From contig JAJFLJ010000092.1 of assembly GCA_021772755.1 (NCBI GenBank), forward strand, positions 1 through 54,826: a stretch of 54,826 nucleotides of DNA, in the 5' to 3' direction. This document shows, piece by piece, positions 25,638-33,562 of the stretch. The position numbers and the translations under genes are program-made. The stretch's first letter is position 1; each line of letters opens with the position of its first letter. This DNA comes from Candidatus Sumerlaeota bacterium (lineage in GTDB: Bacteria > Sumerlaeota > Sumerlaeia > SLMS01 > JAHLLQ01). The notes below the pieces were generated by a model. That model did no database searches. It had not been told where the DNA came from and worked only from the letters and a program-made list of their open reading frames with translations.

Positions 25638-28600
25638 TCAGTTCATCGCCGAGGGGATGATCTCGCTGGCGCTGACAAGCCGGAAGCGGACCTCGTCGCC
25701 GAAGAACTGGCGCTGCAGGTCGCGCATGATGCGGTTGCTGCCGTTGATGCGGGCGTAGGCGGCGTCGATGAGGCGCTCCGCCTCCGCGTTGGACGCCTCG
25801 TTGAGAATGATGAACTTCTCGAAGTGCACGGCGGCGATGCGGCCCTCGTTGACGGCCTCGATGACGCTTTCGTGCACGCGCACCATGTTGGCGGGCGGGA
25901 CGATCTTCAGCGCCTTCGAGTAGATGCGGTCGACGTCGTCGCGGAACTCGTTGGGGTTGGAGTTGCCGGCGATGGCGACCAGGTTGCCGCGCGAGCCGCT
26001 GCCGAAGGCGAGAGCCTTGAGCTCGGCGGGATCGAGGGCGAGCACGTTGCGGAAGCGGTACTGGGCCAGCTCGTACTCGCCGAAGAGGGCCTCGATGGCA
26101 TCGACGTAGTTTTCCTGGTCGTGGCGGCGCTCGATCTCGTTGACCGAGCGGATGGCGCGGGTCAGCGAGCTGTGGGAGGACTTGTAGAGGCCCTTGCGGT
26201 AGTCGATCTGGGCGAACTTCAGGTCGTCGCGGGCCGTTGTGATCAGCTCGCCGGCGTAGTCCGACGCGCCCATGCCGGCGAAGTAGTCGAGGCGCTCGCC
26301 CTGCTGCCTGGCGACGGTGGCGACCATGTCGTCGGTGGTGTCGAGCACGCCGCGAAGGAAGCCTTCGAGGACGTTGAGTTCCGCCATGATGTAGTCGTAG
26401 TCGTCGATGTTCCAGCGGTTCTGGATGTCGGCGAGTTCGCGGCGAACGTCGATGGATTCGCCGACCTGGAAGTAGTTGATGCCCTGCTTGGTGCCTTCCG
26501 CCAGGTTGGCTTCGATGCGGTCGATGGCCTCGCGGTAGTTGTTGGTCTTGCTGGAGCGTGCGATCGACTCTGCCGAGCGGCGGGCGGAATCGGCCTGGCC
26601 GGCGGAGTCGCCGTAGTCGCCGGACTCGATGAGCCCGAGGGCTTCGCGCGTCCTGGCGCTGGCCTTGCCGAGTCCGCGGCTGTTGTGGTCCCAGCCCCCG
26701 ACAGCCTTCGCGTCGGCGATGGCGGCTTCGGCGCTGTTGATCTTCTTGTAGAGAGCGGCGTTGGCCTGCTCGGAAGCGCGGAGGGCGAGTTCCTCGGCCT
26801 TGAGGTAGTCCTCGCTGCCGAAGAGCGAACGGGCGGAGGCGATCAGATTGCGGGCGCTTTCCAGTTCGCGACCGGCGTAGAGGGCGGCGTCGGCCTGGGT
26901 GGCGCGGCCGAGCGTGGCGTCGGTGGCGGCGATGGCCGACTCGGCCGCCTGGCGGTCCGCCTGGGTCTTGGCGTCGCGGGCGACGCGGGCGGCCTCGTTG
27001 GCGGACTCCAGTGCGAGCTTGAGCCTGTCCTGCTGGAGATCGACTTCGGCGCGGTCGAGAAGCTGCTTCACTTCCGCCAGCTTGTCCGCGCTCATTTCGG
27101 CGGTTCTGCCCCGGGAAATCTCCTCGTAGAGTTCGCGGGCTTCGCGCAGGTCCTCGACGGCGCGGCCGGAAATGCGGCGTGCCATCAGTTCGATGTCGGC
27201 ACGGGCGCCGGCGGCGAGCTGAGTCGCGGCGTAGAAATTCCCGGCGGCGCGCTCGGACTTGACGGACTCGAGGTTGTCGATGCTGCGGGCGAGCTCATCG
27301 GGGGCGTAGACCCGGGCGCCGTCGCGCTCGTAGCGGCTGATGAGGTTGGAGAGTTCGATGACGGCATTGCCGGAAACGACGTCGTAGATGCGGCTGAGGA
27401 TCTGGTCGGCTTCGCGGCCCTGTTCCTGGGCGAGAAGAATGGAACTGCGGTAGCGGCCGTCATCGCGGCGAACGCGGGCCTCCTCGAGGGAGTCGCGGGA
27501 CTGTTCGAGGTCCTTGCCGATCTGAACGCGGCGGGCGGTCTTGGATGCCTCGAAGGGCTGCATGTCGGCGGGAACTTCGGTTCGGGGCTCGTAGATCTGC
27601 TCCATTTCGACGAAGACGGAGTTCGTCTTGTCGAGCTGGTTGCCGGCCACGCGAATCGCCTCGTCGGCGAGAGCGCGGAAGGCGGTCGTGATCTTCGCGG
27701 ACTCCTCCTCGGACTGGCCGAAGTACACTTTGACCTCGTCGAAGGCGGCCTCGGTGTCGGCCTGGCGGATCTGGATCATAAGGGCCAGGATGCCGTCGAG
27801 GACCTCGACGCGCCCCGGAAGGTACTCGCGGGCGCCGGCATCGACGAAGTCGCCGATCTGCGTGCGGACCTTGCGGATGCGGTCGTCGGCGGCGTCGCGC
27901 TTGGTGTTGACGACGAGGACTTCCGCCCTGGGGAGAAGGTCCTTGCTGGAAAGCTCGACGCGGGTGAAGCGGCCCTCGTCGAAGTCCTGGACGAGGTTGG
28001 TCAGCTGGCCGATGACGGCTTCGTAGTCGTCGGGGCGGAACTGCTTGGCGCCTTCGTCGAGGGCGATGGCGAGGAGTTCCTCGATGCGCTGGATGGCTTC
28101 CTTGCCCTTGAGGCGCTGGACGTTGACCAGACCGGTCTCCGCCGCGCTGATGGCTGCGCGGTACTGGTTGGCGGCGAGGATGTAGTCGCGCTGCTCGGTG
28201 GTGATTTCCTCGGCGCGCGTGATGATGTCGCTGACGTTGACGATCGACTCGGGATCGTAGAACTGGCCGTCGGCGGCCTTGAGCTCCTGAAGCTTCTGCT
28301 CCGCGGTGATGCGCTCGCGGTCCGCGTCGTTCTTCATGGGCGCGATCGCGGTATCGACTTCGTCGGAGACCATGCGGCAGAGCCTGATGACCTCGCGGTA
28401 CTTGTTTTCGGTTCGCGCGGCGTCGGCTTCGTCGCGCAGCGACTTGATTCTGGCGTAGCGGTTGGGGTCGACGCGGGAAACGGCGTTGTTGTCGGCGACG
28501 CGGATGTCGTCCTCGGCCTTGTTCCAGAGACGGCGCGCCTCCTCGGTTTCGACGGTGGCAAGGGTGGACTCGGCCTTTTCCTTGGCCTGGCGGGCGGTAT

Positions 28601-28838
28601 CGAAGGCCTGGGCGTCGGCGCCGGACCCGAGGTAGCCGCTGGTCTGGTCGATGAGCGAGCGAATCTGCTCGAGATCGTCGGGAGCGTGAAGCTGGGCGTT
28701 GAGGTCCTCGAGCTGCGCGACGATTTCGCGGCTCTTGTTGAGCGCCACCTTGGCCCGCTGGGCCTTACAGGCGGTCAGTCCCATCGCGAGGACGAGGATC
28801 ATCAAAGCCAATCGTACTGTCGAAGCGTGGGAACGCAT
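25638..28838 (-). CDS. 1066-aa all-helical lipoprotein made of about 8 DUF4398-like repeats
   Basis: GGAGG lies 5 nt upstream of the ATG at 28838. The lipobox is LAMGLTAC. The recurring unit is [FY]-x-[PA]-x-[DE]-[LY]...L..A......Y..A...A..A. Examples: VYAPDELARSIDNLESVKSERAAGNFYAATQLAAGA; LYAGRELESARNLIASARSLFGSEDYLKAEELALRA; DYAGELITTARDDLKFAQIDYRKGLYKSS. Confidence 0.75.
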   Translation of the reverse strand: MRSHASTVRLALMILVLAMGLTACKAQRAKVALNKSREIVAQLEDLNAQLHAPDDLEQIRSLIDQTSGYLGSGADAQAFDTARQAKEKAESTLATVETEEARRLWNKAEDDIRVADNNAVSRVDPNRYARIKSLRDEADAARTENKYREVIRLCRMVSDEVDTAIAPMKNDADRERITAEQKLQELKAADGQFYDPESIVNVSDIITRAEEITTEQRDYILAANQYRAAISAAETGLVNVQRLKGKEAIQRIEELLAIALDEGAKQFRPDDYEAVIGQLTNLVQDFDEGRFTRVELSSKDLLPRAEVLVVNTKRDAADDRIRKVRTQIGDFVDAGAREYLPGRVEVLDGILALMIQIRQADTEAAFDEVKVYFGQSEEESAKITTAFRALADEAIRVAGNQLDKTNSVFVEMEQIYEPRTEVPADMQPFEASKTARRVQIGKDLEQSRDSLEEARVRRDDGRYRSSILLAQEQGREADQILSRIYDVVSGNAVIELSNLISRYERDGARVYAPDELARSIDNLESVKSERAAGNFYAATQLAAGARADIELMARRISGRAVEDLREARELYEEISRGRTAEMSADKLAEVKQLLDRAEVDLQQDRLKLALESANEAARVARDAKTQADRQAAESAIAATDATLGRATQADAALYAGRELESARNLIASARSLFGSEDYLKAEELALRASEQANAALYKKINSAEAAIADAKAVGGWDHNSRGLGKASARTREALGLIESGDYGDSAGQADSARRSAESIARSSKTNNYREAIDRIEANLAEGTKQGINYFQVGESIDVRRELADIQNRWNIDDYDYIMAELNVLEGFLRGVLDTTDDMVATVARQQGERLDYFAGMGASDYAGELITTARDDLKFAQIDYRKGLYKSSHSSLTRAIRSVNEIERRHDQENYVDAIEALFGEYELAQYRFRNVLALDPAELKALAFGSGSRGNLVAIAGNSNPNEFRDDVDRIYSKALKIVPPANMVRVHESVIEAVNEGRIAAVHFEKFIILNEASNAEAERLIDAAYARINGSNRIMRDLQRQFFGDEVRFRLVSASEIIPSAMN

Positions 28839-29007
28839 CAATGCCTCCAATACGCATGCGCGCGATCGGCCAAGCGCCGATAGTCTGCGGGAATCTCTCC
28901 TTCGATCAAGCCCTTGTTCCGCCCTGGCGGATTCGGACGCAACGAAGAAATGCCTTCAAAATCCGTTGATTCATCACGATTTGCCCTCGTTTCGCCCCAT
29001 GTCCGAA

Positions 29008-29508
29008 CTAGCCGACCAGGCCCATGAAGACCGCCGCCGCGATGGCGATTCCGATCACCACCGCCACGACGATCCCGATGACCATGGGGGTCGGGCCCTT
29101 CTTCTTCTTCGTCTTACCGCCGACGGGAGGGGGCTGGTAGCCCTCCGAGAGGAATTTCAGGGCTCCGACGGTCCGGCTGAGCCGAATGAACACGCTGTGC
29201 CAATCCTTGCGGATCGCCTTCTGGTCGCTCTTGGGAATATTCCTCAGGTGGGAAACGGAGACGCACTTGGTGAGCAGTTCGCGGATGGTCTTCTCGCCGT
29301 AGTCGATGTTGCCGACGGCGCGAATGCGCTCGCTGAGGGCGCGCAGGTTCTTGGAGACCGAGCTCTTGACCTCCAGGAAGTCCGTTTCGTCGGCGGCGGA
29401 GACCTCTGTCTCGGAGTATCCCACCAGCATGAAGCGCTTGAAGCTCAGCCACAGTTCGAGAGTGTTCTGGACGAGCGTCAGATTCTCGTCGATCGCCTGC
29501 TGTTTCAT
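29008..29508 (-). CDS. Hypothetical tail-anchored helical protein (paralog of 25025..25447 with a C-terminal KKKK + TM helix)
   Basis: In-frame ATG at 29508. Helical domain as in the paralog, then GGKTKKKKGPTPMVIGIVVAVVIGIAIAAAVFMGLVG. Confidence 0.7.
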   Translation of the reverse strand: MKQQAIDENLTLVQNTLELWLSFKRFMLVGYSETEVSAADETDFLEVKSSVSKNLRALSERIRAVGNIDYGEKTIRELLTKCVSVSHLRNIPKSDQKAIRKDWHSVFIRLSRTVGALKFLSEGYQPPPVGGKTKKKKGPTPMVIGIVVAVVIGIAIAAAVFMGLVG

Positions 29509-29598
29509 TGGTGAGACCGGCTTCCCGCGTGGTTCGAATGGCAAACAAATGTGCCCCCATGCTTCGGGGGCACAAGTCAAAGATCGTCAGGCGGGGCG

Positions 29599-30678
29599 CT
29601 ACTTTCCTCCGCCGCCGCCGGCACCGCCGAAGTAGGAGCTGCTGGCGGCGTCGTTGCCGGGAATGTTGTTCGCGCCGAAGGCGTTGCGAACACCGTCCTG
29701 GACTCCGTTGCCGCCTGGCCCGCCGTTCTGGCCCTGCCCGCCTGCGACGTCCGCGTTGGGCGGGAAGAATGCCGCCGGGATGTCCTTGAGGGGGGGAAGA
29801 GGCGGGGTGGGCATGTAGGTTTCGTAGAAGTCCCAGCCCTGGACGTCGGACTCGGAGGGATCGACGCGGAAGTCCTGGAGGAACTTCTCGGCCCAGCGAC
29901 CGAGCTTCTCGTCGCGATCACGCTCGAGATCGACCATCTGCGGAACGCCGGCGAGGGGGTCGGTGGAGGCCACGAGGACGTTGAAGAAGTCGTTGGGTTC
30001 GACGGCTTCCAGACTGCGCAGGCCCTGGATGATGCGGGTCATGACGAGGTGCGCCTCGGGGCTCATCACGTCGTCGCGAAGAGTGACGTTGGTGTAGACG
30101 AAGTCGTTGGCCTTGTAGTCCATGCCCGTCTTGCCGTCGTCGTAGTAGGTGTCGCGAAAGGTGTCGAGGACGCGGACCTTGACGGCGTCGTCGAGCATCT
30201 GGCCGGTCACGCGGCAAACCACGCGCGTTCCGTAGACGGCTTCGACCTTGGGAATCTGGGGTGCCTGAAAGCCCTGCTGGCCGGGCTGGGCGCCAAACGC
30301 ACCGCCGCCGAAGGGGTCGCCACCACCGGCGAATCCGCCACCACCGAAGGGATCGCCGCCGCCCGCAAACCCACCACCGCCAAAGGGGTCGGCTCCGCCA
30401 CCTGCAAACCCGCCGCCGCCAAAGGGATCGGCACCACCGCCGCCAAAGGGGTCGGCAAAGGGATCGTTGGCTGCCACGCCGCGGGCGCGGTCCACGTATC
30501 CGGCTCCGCCGCCGGGGCCCGTGGAGGCTCCGCTCAGGGTGTCCAGTGCGGCGGGGTCCGCCAAACCGGCGAATCCGCCTTGGGCGAAGGCCTCGCCGGA
30601 GAGGGCCAAGAGAGCCATTCCGCCGAGAATTCCGGCTCCGAGGACTGAAAATGCTGAAGTTCTAGCCGTTCCGATCAT
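29599..30678 (-). CDS. Secreted protein with DPFGGGGFAGGG tandem repeats, a central globular domain and a Gly/Asn-rich tail
   Basis: GAGGAGG lies 7 nt upstream of the ATG. Signal peptide MIGTARTSAFSVLGAGILGGMALLALSGEAFAQ. Repeats: DPFADPFGGGGADPFGGGGFAGGGADPFGGGGFAGGGDPFGGGGFAGGGDPFGGGAFG. Confidence 0.8.
   Translation of the reverse strand: MIGTARTSAFSVLGAGILGGMALLALSGEAFAQGGFAGLADPAALDTLSGASTGPGGGAGYVDRARGVAANDPFADPFGGGGADPFGGGGFAGGGADPFGGGGFAGGGDPFGGGGFAGGGDPFGGGAFGAQPGQQGFQAPQIPKVEAVYGTRVVCRVTGQMLDDAVKVRVLDTFRDTYYDDGKTGMDYKANDFVYTNVTLRDDVMSPEAHLVMTRIIQGLRSLEAVEPNDFFNVLVASTDPLAGVPQMVDLERDRDEKLGRWAEKFLQDFRVDPSESDVQGWDFYETYMPTPPLPPLKDIPAAFFPPNADVAGGQGQNGGPGGNGVQDGVRNAFGANNIPGNDAASSSYFGGAGGGGGK
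30295..30465 (-). repeat. Coding tandem repeat, about 36-nt period (about 4.5 copies) encoding DPFGGGGFAGGG
   Basis: Visible on the + strand as reiterated ccgccgaaggggtcgccaccaccggcgaatccgccaccaccgaagggatcgccgccgcccgcaaaccc... Confidence 0.8.
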
Positions 30679-30751
30679 GGGCGTGCCTCCTCGTTCGATC
30701 CATCCCCAAGGTGATCCCGAGGGGGCAAGCTGTCAACAGGAACGGCTTCCT

Positions 30752-31948
30752 CTAGCGGCTGGCGAGGCTGAACTCGGGGTCGATGACCTGAAGCTGCTTT
30801 TCGACGGAATCGATCAGGAGAAACAGGTCGTCGGACAGTTGGTTCAGCGCGGGGGCCAGACCCCGCACGGATTCATCGCCGGTCCGGCTGCAAAGAAGGG
30901 CCAGGTCCATGCCCGCCTTCTCGAATTCGCCCTTCGATTTCAGCGCGGTCGCGAGCAGGGTCGCACTCTCCTCGTCCGCCATGGCGCTCTCGTAGCCGTC
31001 CGCGTTCACCTTCTCCACCAGGAGCAGGATCGAATCGGCGACACTCGTCGCCGAAGCGCCGGCCGCGGCGATGAGTTCCTTCGCGCGCGCGCCCTGGGGG
31101 GTGTCGGGCAGGTTCGCGAGATCGATGTCCGTGTTCACCCCTTCGAAGGCCGCAGGGACGATCACGCGGAACTCGGACGCCTCTCCGGTTTCTGGTGAAA
31201 CGTCGATCTGTCCGATCTCGATCTGCTCCTTCGAACCGTACATTTCGGCCATTTCGGCCCGGCGTTTGCCCATGTGGGCGGCGAGAGAGGATTCGGTTCT
31301 CTTGCCGGTCACGGCGACGATGCGGAGAAGTTCGACGCGCTCCTGAAGTTCCCGCTGCGGGAATTCATAGGTAACCTTGGCGACCTGGTCGATTCGCCAC
31401 GTTCCGACGTGGAAGGCCACGGCACGGGGAAAGCCGGGGGACTTGAAGACGATGGTGGCGTCCTCCCAGTAGAAACCCGAGGCGTTCTGTACGCTCATTT
31501 CGAGCTGAATGTTCGTGTCGTCGGGAAATCGGCGGCGATCGACGCGGAAGGGGTAGAGCTCCGGTGCCGGCGGCTCGGCGGGAATTGTCCCGGTCCAGAT
31601 GCCCTTGGAGACGGCGACGGCGGCGGTGCGTGCCACCGATTCGGTGTCGGCATTCGCCCTCGGGGGCGGAGGGCCGGAAGGACGCTTGGGCGGCGGACCA
31701 ACGGTCCTCGGCGTGGTTCCCGTCGTCTCGGAGTCTCCTCCCGCGGTGGAGCGGCCGGTCGCCGCGCCGGCATCGGCCAGAACCAGGTTGCCGGTGTCGG
31801 TGATGGTCTCCATCAGCTTCGCGGTGGTTTCCTCGTCCATGCCGGCGAGGGCACGGACTTCCGCCGGTCTCAGAACGAACCAGCCACAGAGGGCTGTGAC
31901 CGACAGCAGATCGATGAAGAGCGTGATCCAAACGAGGTTTTTTTTCAC
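30752..31948 (-). CDS. Hypothetical membrane-anchored protein (N-terminal TM, Pro-rich linker, beta-rich domain, helical C-terminus)
   Basis: GTG start. TM segment LVWITLFIDLLSVTALCGWFVL. Linker TPRTVGPPPKRPSGPPPPRANA. I recognise no family. Confidence 0.65.
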   Translation of the reverse strand: MKKNLVWITLFIDLLSVTALCGWFVLRPAEVRALAGMDEETTAKLMETITDTGNLVLADAGAATGRSTAGGDSETTGTTPRTVGPPPKRPSGPPPPRANADTESVARTAAVAVSKGIWTGTIPAEPPAPELYPFRVDRRRFPDDTNIQLEMSVQNASGFYWEDATIVFKSPGFPRAVAFHVGTWRIDQVAKVTYEFPQRELQERVELLRIVAVTGKRTESSLAAHMGKRRAEMAEMYGSKEQIEIGQIDVSPETGEASEFRVIVPAAFEGVNTDIDLANLPDTPQGARAKELIAAAGASATSVADSILLLVEKVNADGYESAMADEESATLLATALKSKGEFEKAGMDLALLCSRTGDESVRGLAPALNQLSDDLFLLIDSVEKQLQVIDPEFSLASR

Positions 31949-32060
31949 GGGTTCCCAAGTGTGCCCGGGACGGCTGAACGCCTCCGGGCCGGGTATCGTC
32001 GGGCGTCTGGCGGATGGGACGAGAGGGCCCCGCCCGCGTCGAGGAGAATTTGCCGCGGAC

Positions 32061-32387
32061 CTATTCCTCCAGGTCCTCGAGGGCGTCGAGAAGCTGGTCC
32101 TTTTCGCGGCTGCTGACGGCGATGCGTTCCATCCTGAGCCGCTTCAGGTATTCCAGCCGCCGCTGGCGGTATTCCTCGGCGGACATTCCCGTCGAGACGG
32201 AGTCGCACCCGGCGGCGATATCCTCGAACATGCGCTCGATGAAGGGAATGCACCACCCGCATCCCGTGCCGGCGCTGTAGCACTCGCTGCACTGGGAGAC
32301 GACCTGTGGGTCGTTGAGGCGGATGAACTTCTCGATCTTGTGGGCGGGAACGTGGAAGCAGACGCAGAGGTCGTCGGAGGGTTCCAT
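32061..32387 (-). CDS. BFD-like [2Fe-2S]-binding domain protein
   Basis: CVCFHV...QCSECYSAGTGCGWCIPFI gives the four-Cys pattern of bacterioferritin-associated-ferredoxin-like domains. It is followed by a charged helical tail. Confidence 0.7.
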   Translation of the reverse strand: MEPSDDLCVCFHVPAHKIEKFIRLNDPQVVSQCSECYSAGTGCGWCIPFIERMFEDIAAGCDSVSTGMSAEEYRQRRLEYLKRLRMERIAVSSREKDQLLDALEDLEE

Positions 32388-32431
32388 GACGGTGGCGGCG
32401 AAACAGCAGGAGGGCCCGGGCGGGGCGGCTT

Positions 32432-33010
32432 CTACTCCTCGGCCGCCTGCGTTCTCGCTTCCTCCAGAACCTCGGCGATGTCTTCCTGCTCGGGTTCGAT
32501 GTCCAGGGAGAGTTCCCAGGCTTCGAAGGCCGCCTTGACGTTTCCCGCGGCGTAGTGCAGCGTTCCCTGACTGTTGAGCGCGGGGTAGTATTCGCCGTCC
32601 AGGCCGAGAGCCGTGTCGAAGGCCCCGAGGGCTTCCTCGAAGAGGGAGGTCAGTTCGTCGTCCTCTTCCCAGGAGGGGTTGCCGGTGGCACCGTCGGAGA
32701 AGAGGAGCATTGCTGTGTGTCCGAGGTGGAAGATCGCCTCGGCGCTTTCGTTGTAGCGTTCGGCGGCCTCGCGGAACGTTTCGAGGGCCTCCTGGTAGAG
32801 CCCCTCTTCGATGAGGGCTTCGCCCTCGTCGATGAGTTCCTCGAGTTCGTCCTCCTCGTCGGACTGGATGTCGTCGCCGTCGGCGAAATCCTCCTCGTCG
32901 TCGAAGAGTTCATCGTCGTTCTGCTCGAAGCCGCCGCCGGTCAGGCCGTTCTCGGACTCGTCGAGCCACTCTTCGTCTTCTTCCGCCTCTTCCCAGCCGG
33001 GAGGGATCAT
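32432..33010 (-). CDS. Highly acidic TPR-like repeat protein
   Basis: In-frame ATG at 33010. The N-terminal ~60 aa are almost entirely D/E (EEAEEDEEWLDESE...DDEEDFADGDDIQSDEEDELEELIDEGE). TPR-like helices follow (LYQEALETFREAAERYNESAEAIFHLG; NVKAAFEAWELSLDIEP). Confidence 0.65.
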   Translation of the reverse strand: MIPPGWEEAEEDEEWLDESENGLTGGGFEQNDDELFDDEEDFADGDDIQSDEEDELEELIDEGEALIEEGLYQEALETFREAAERYNESAEAIFHLGHTAMLLFSDGATGNPSWEEDDELTSLFEEALGAFDTALGLDGEYYPALNSQGTLHYAAGNVKAAFEAWELSLDIEPEQEDIAEVLEEARTQAAEE

Positions 33011-33289
33011 GATACACGACCTCGATCGCACGGTTTCTTGTCGGGTCAGTTGTGCCCTTTGGGGTCCGCTATAGATGCGGCGGTGTCGAAAGCAAGCACA
33101 ATCGGGACGGTGAATTCGGTTTTTTCCGCCCGGAAAACGAACCCGTTGGAAGTGCGGGAAAAAACACGCCGCGAGACTTGACATCGCGCCCGCCAACGCG
33201 ACGCTGCTATCGTCGTTCGCGGTTCGAATTCACGAGGGCGCGACCGTCGCCGCAATGAATACCGGCGACCCCGGCCCGTAGGAAACCCC

Positions 33290-33562
33290 ATGACACTCGC
33301 GATCTCCATCCTCGCCGGCCTGGCGTTCTTCGTGATCGTGGGGAGACTGGCGTTCTTCGACAGCTTCGCGGATTTCGCGTGGGGAGTCCTGCCGCTGGGG
33401 ATTCTGGCGGCGATCGGCATTCTGACGGGTCTCGATGGCGACACGGGCGGCCACTGGCCGTCGCTCAAGGCGCTGGTCGTGGCACTTCTGTCGCTTGCCT
33501 TCGGCTGGCAGTTCCACGTCCACGCGGCCGGAGCCGTCGCGGCGTTCCTCGGCGGAGGGTGA
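33290..33562 (+). CDS. Small hypothetical membrane protein (3 predicted TM helices)
   Basis: AGGAAA lies upstream of the ATG. The sequence is hydrophobic (MTLAISILAGLAFFVIVGRLAFF...VLPLGILAAIGILTGL...LVVALLSLAFGW). Its stop abuts the stop of the convergent MscS gene. Confidence 0.5.
   Translation: MTLAISILAGLAFFVIVGRLAFFDSFADFAWGVLPLGILAAIGILTGLDGDTGGHWPSLKALVVALLSLAFGWQFHVHAAGAVAAFLGGG

Noticed and set aside
25527-28883. 1118-aa plus-strand ORF opposite the giant lipoprotein gene
   Set aside because: It is a Gly/Ala/Val/Asp-rich antisense translation of an Ala/Glu/Arg-rich helical protein. It has no start context and no motifs. The minus-strand frame has an SD, a lipobox and an internal repeat structure.
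30295-30465. Short regular repeats that could be mistaken for a CRISPR-like array
   Set aside because: The 36-nt units are contiguous, with no spacers. They lie in frame within a secreted protein gene and encode DPFGGGGFAGGG, so this is a coding tandem repeat.
33121-33136. Palindrome TTTTCCG-CC-CGGAAAA in the 33011-33289 intergenic region
   Set aside because: The 2-nt loop is too tight for a stable hairpin terminator, and no T-tract follows on either strand. It could be a protein-binding site, but I have no supporting evidence.
33178-33215. TTGACA hexamer followed by TGcTATCGT (extended -10-like) upstream of the small membrane ORF
   Set aside because: The spacing between the two elements is about 24 nt, well outside the 16-18 nt expected for a sigma-70 promoter.
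33186-33241. tRNA-like T-loop sequence GGTTCGAATTC (33221-33231) bracketed by GCGCCC...GGGCGC
   Set aside because: The closing stems are only 56 nt apart. The T-stem has a mismatch, and no D-arm or anticodon arm can be drawn. It is too short for a tRNA, so it is at most a hairpin in the 5' region of the small membrane ORF.
33480-33494. Near-consensus sigma-54 element TGGCAC-N5-TCGC on the plus strand
   Set aside because: It lies inside the coding sequence of the small membrane protein (33290..33562), and nothing lies downstream on that strand (the next gene is convergent). It is most likely chance in GC-rich DNA.
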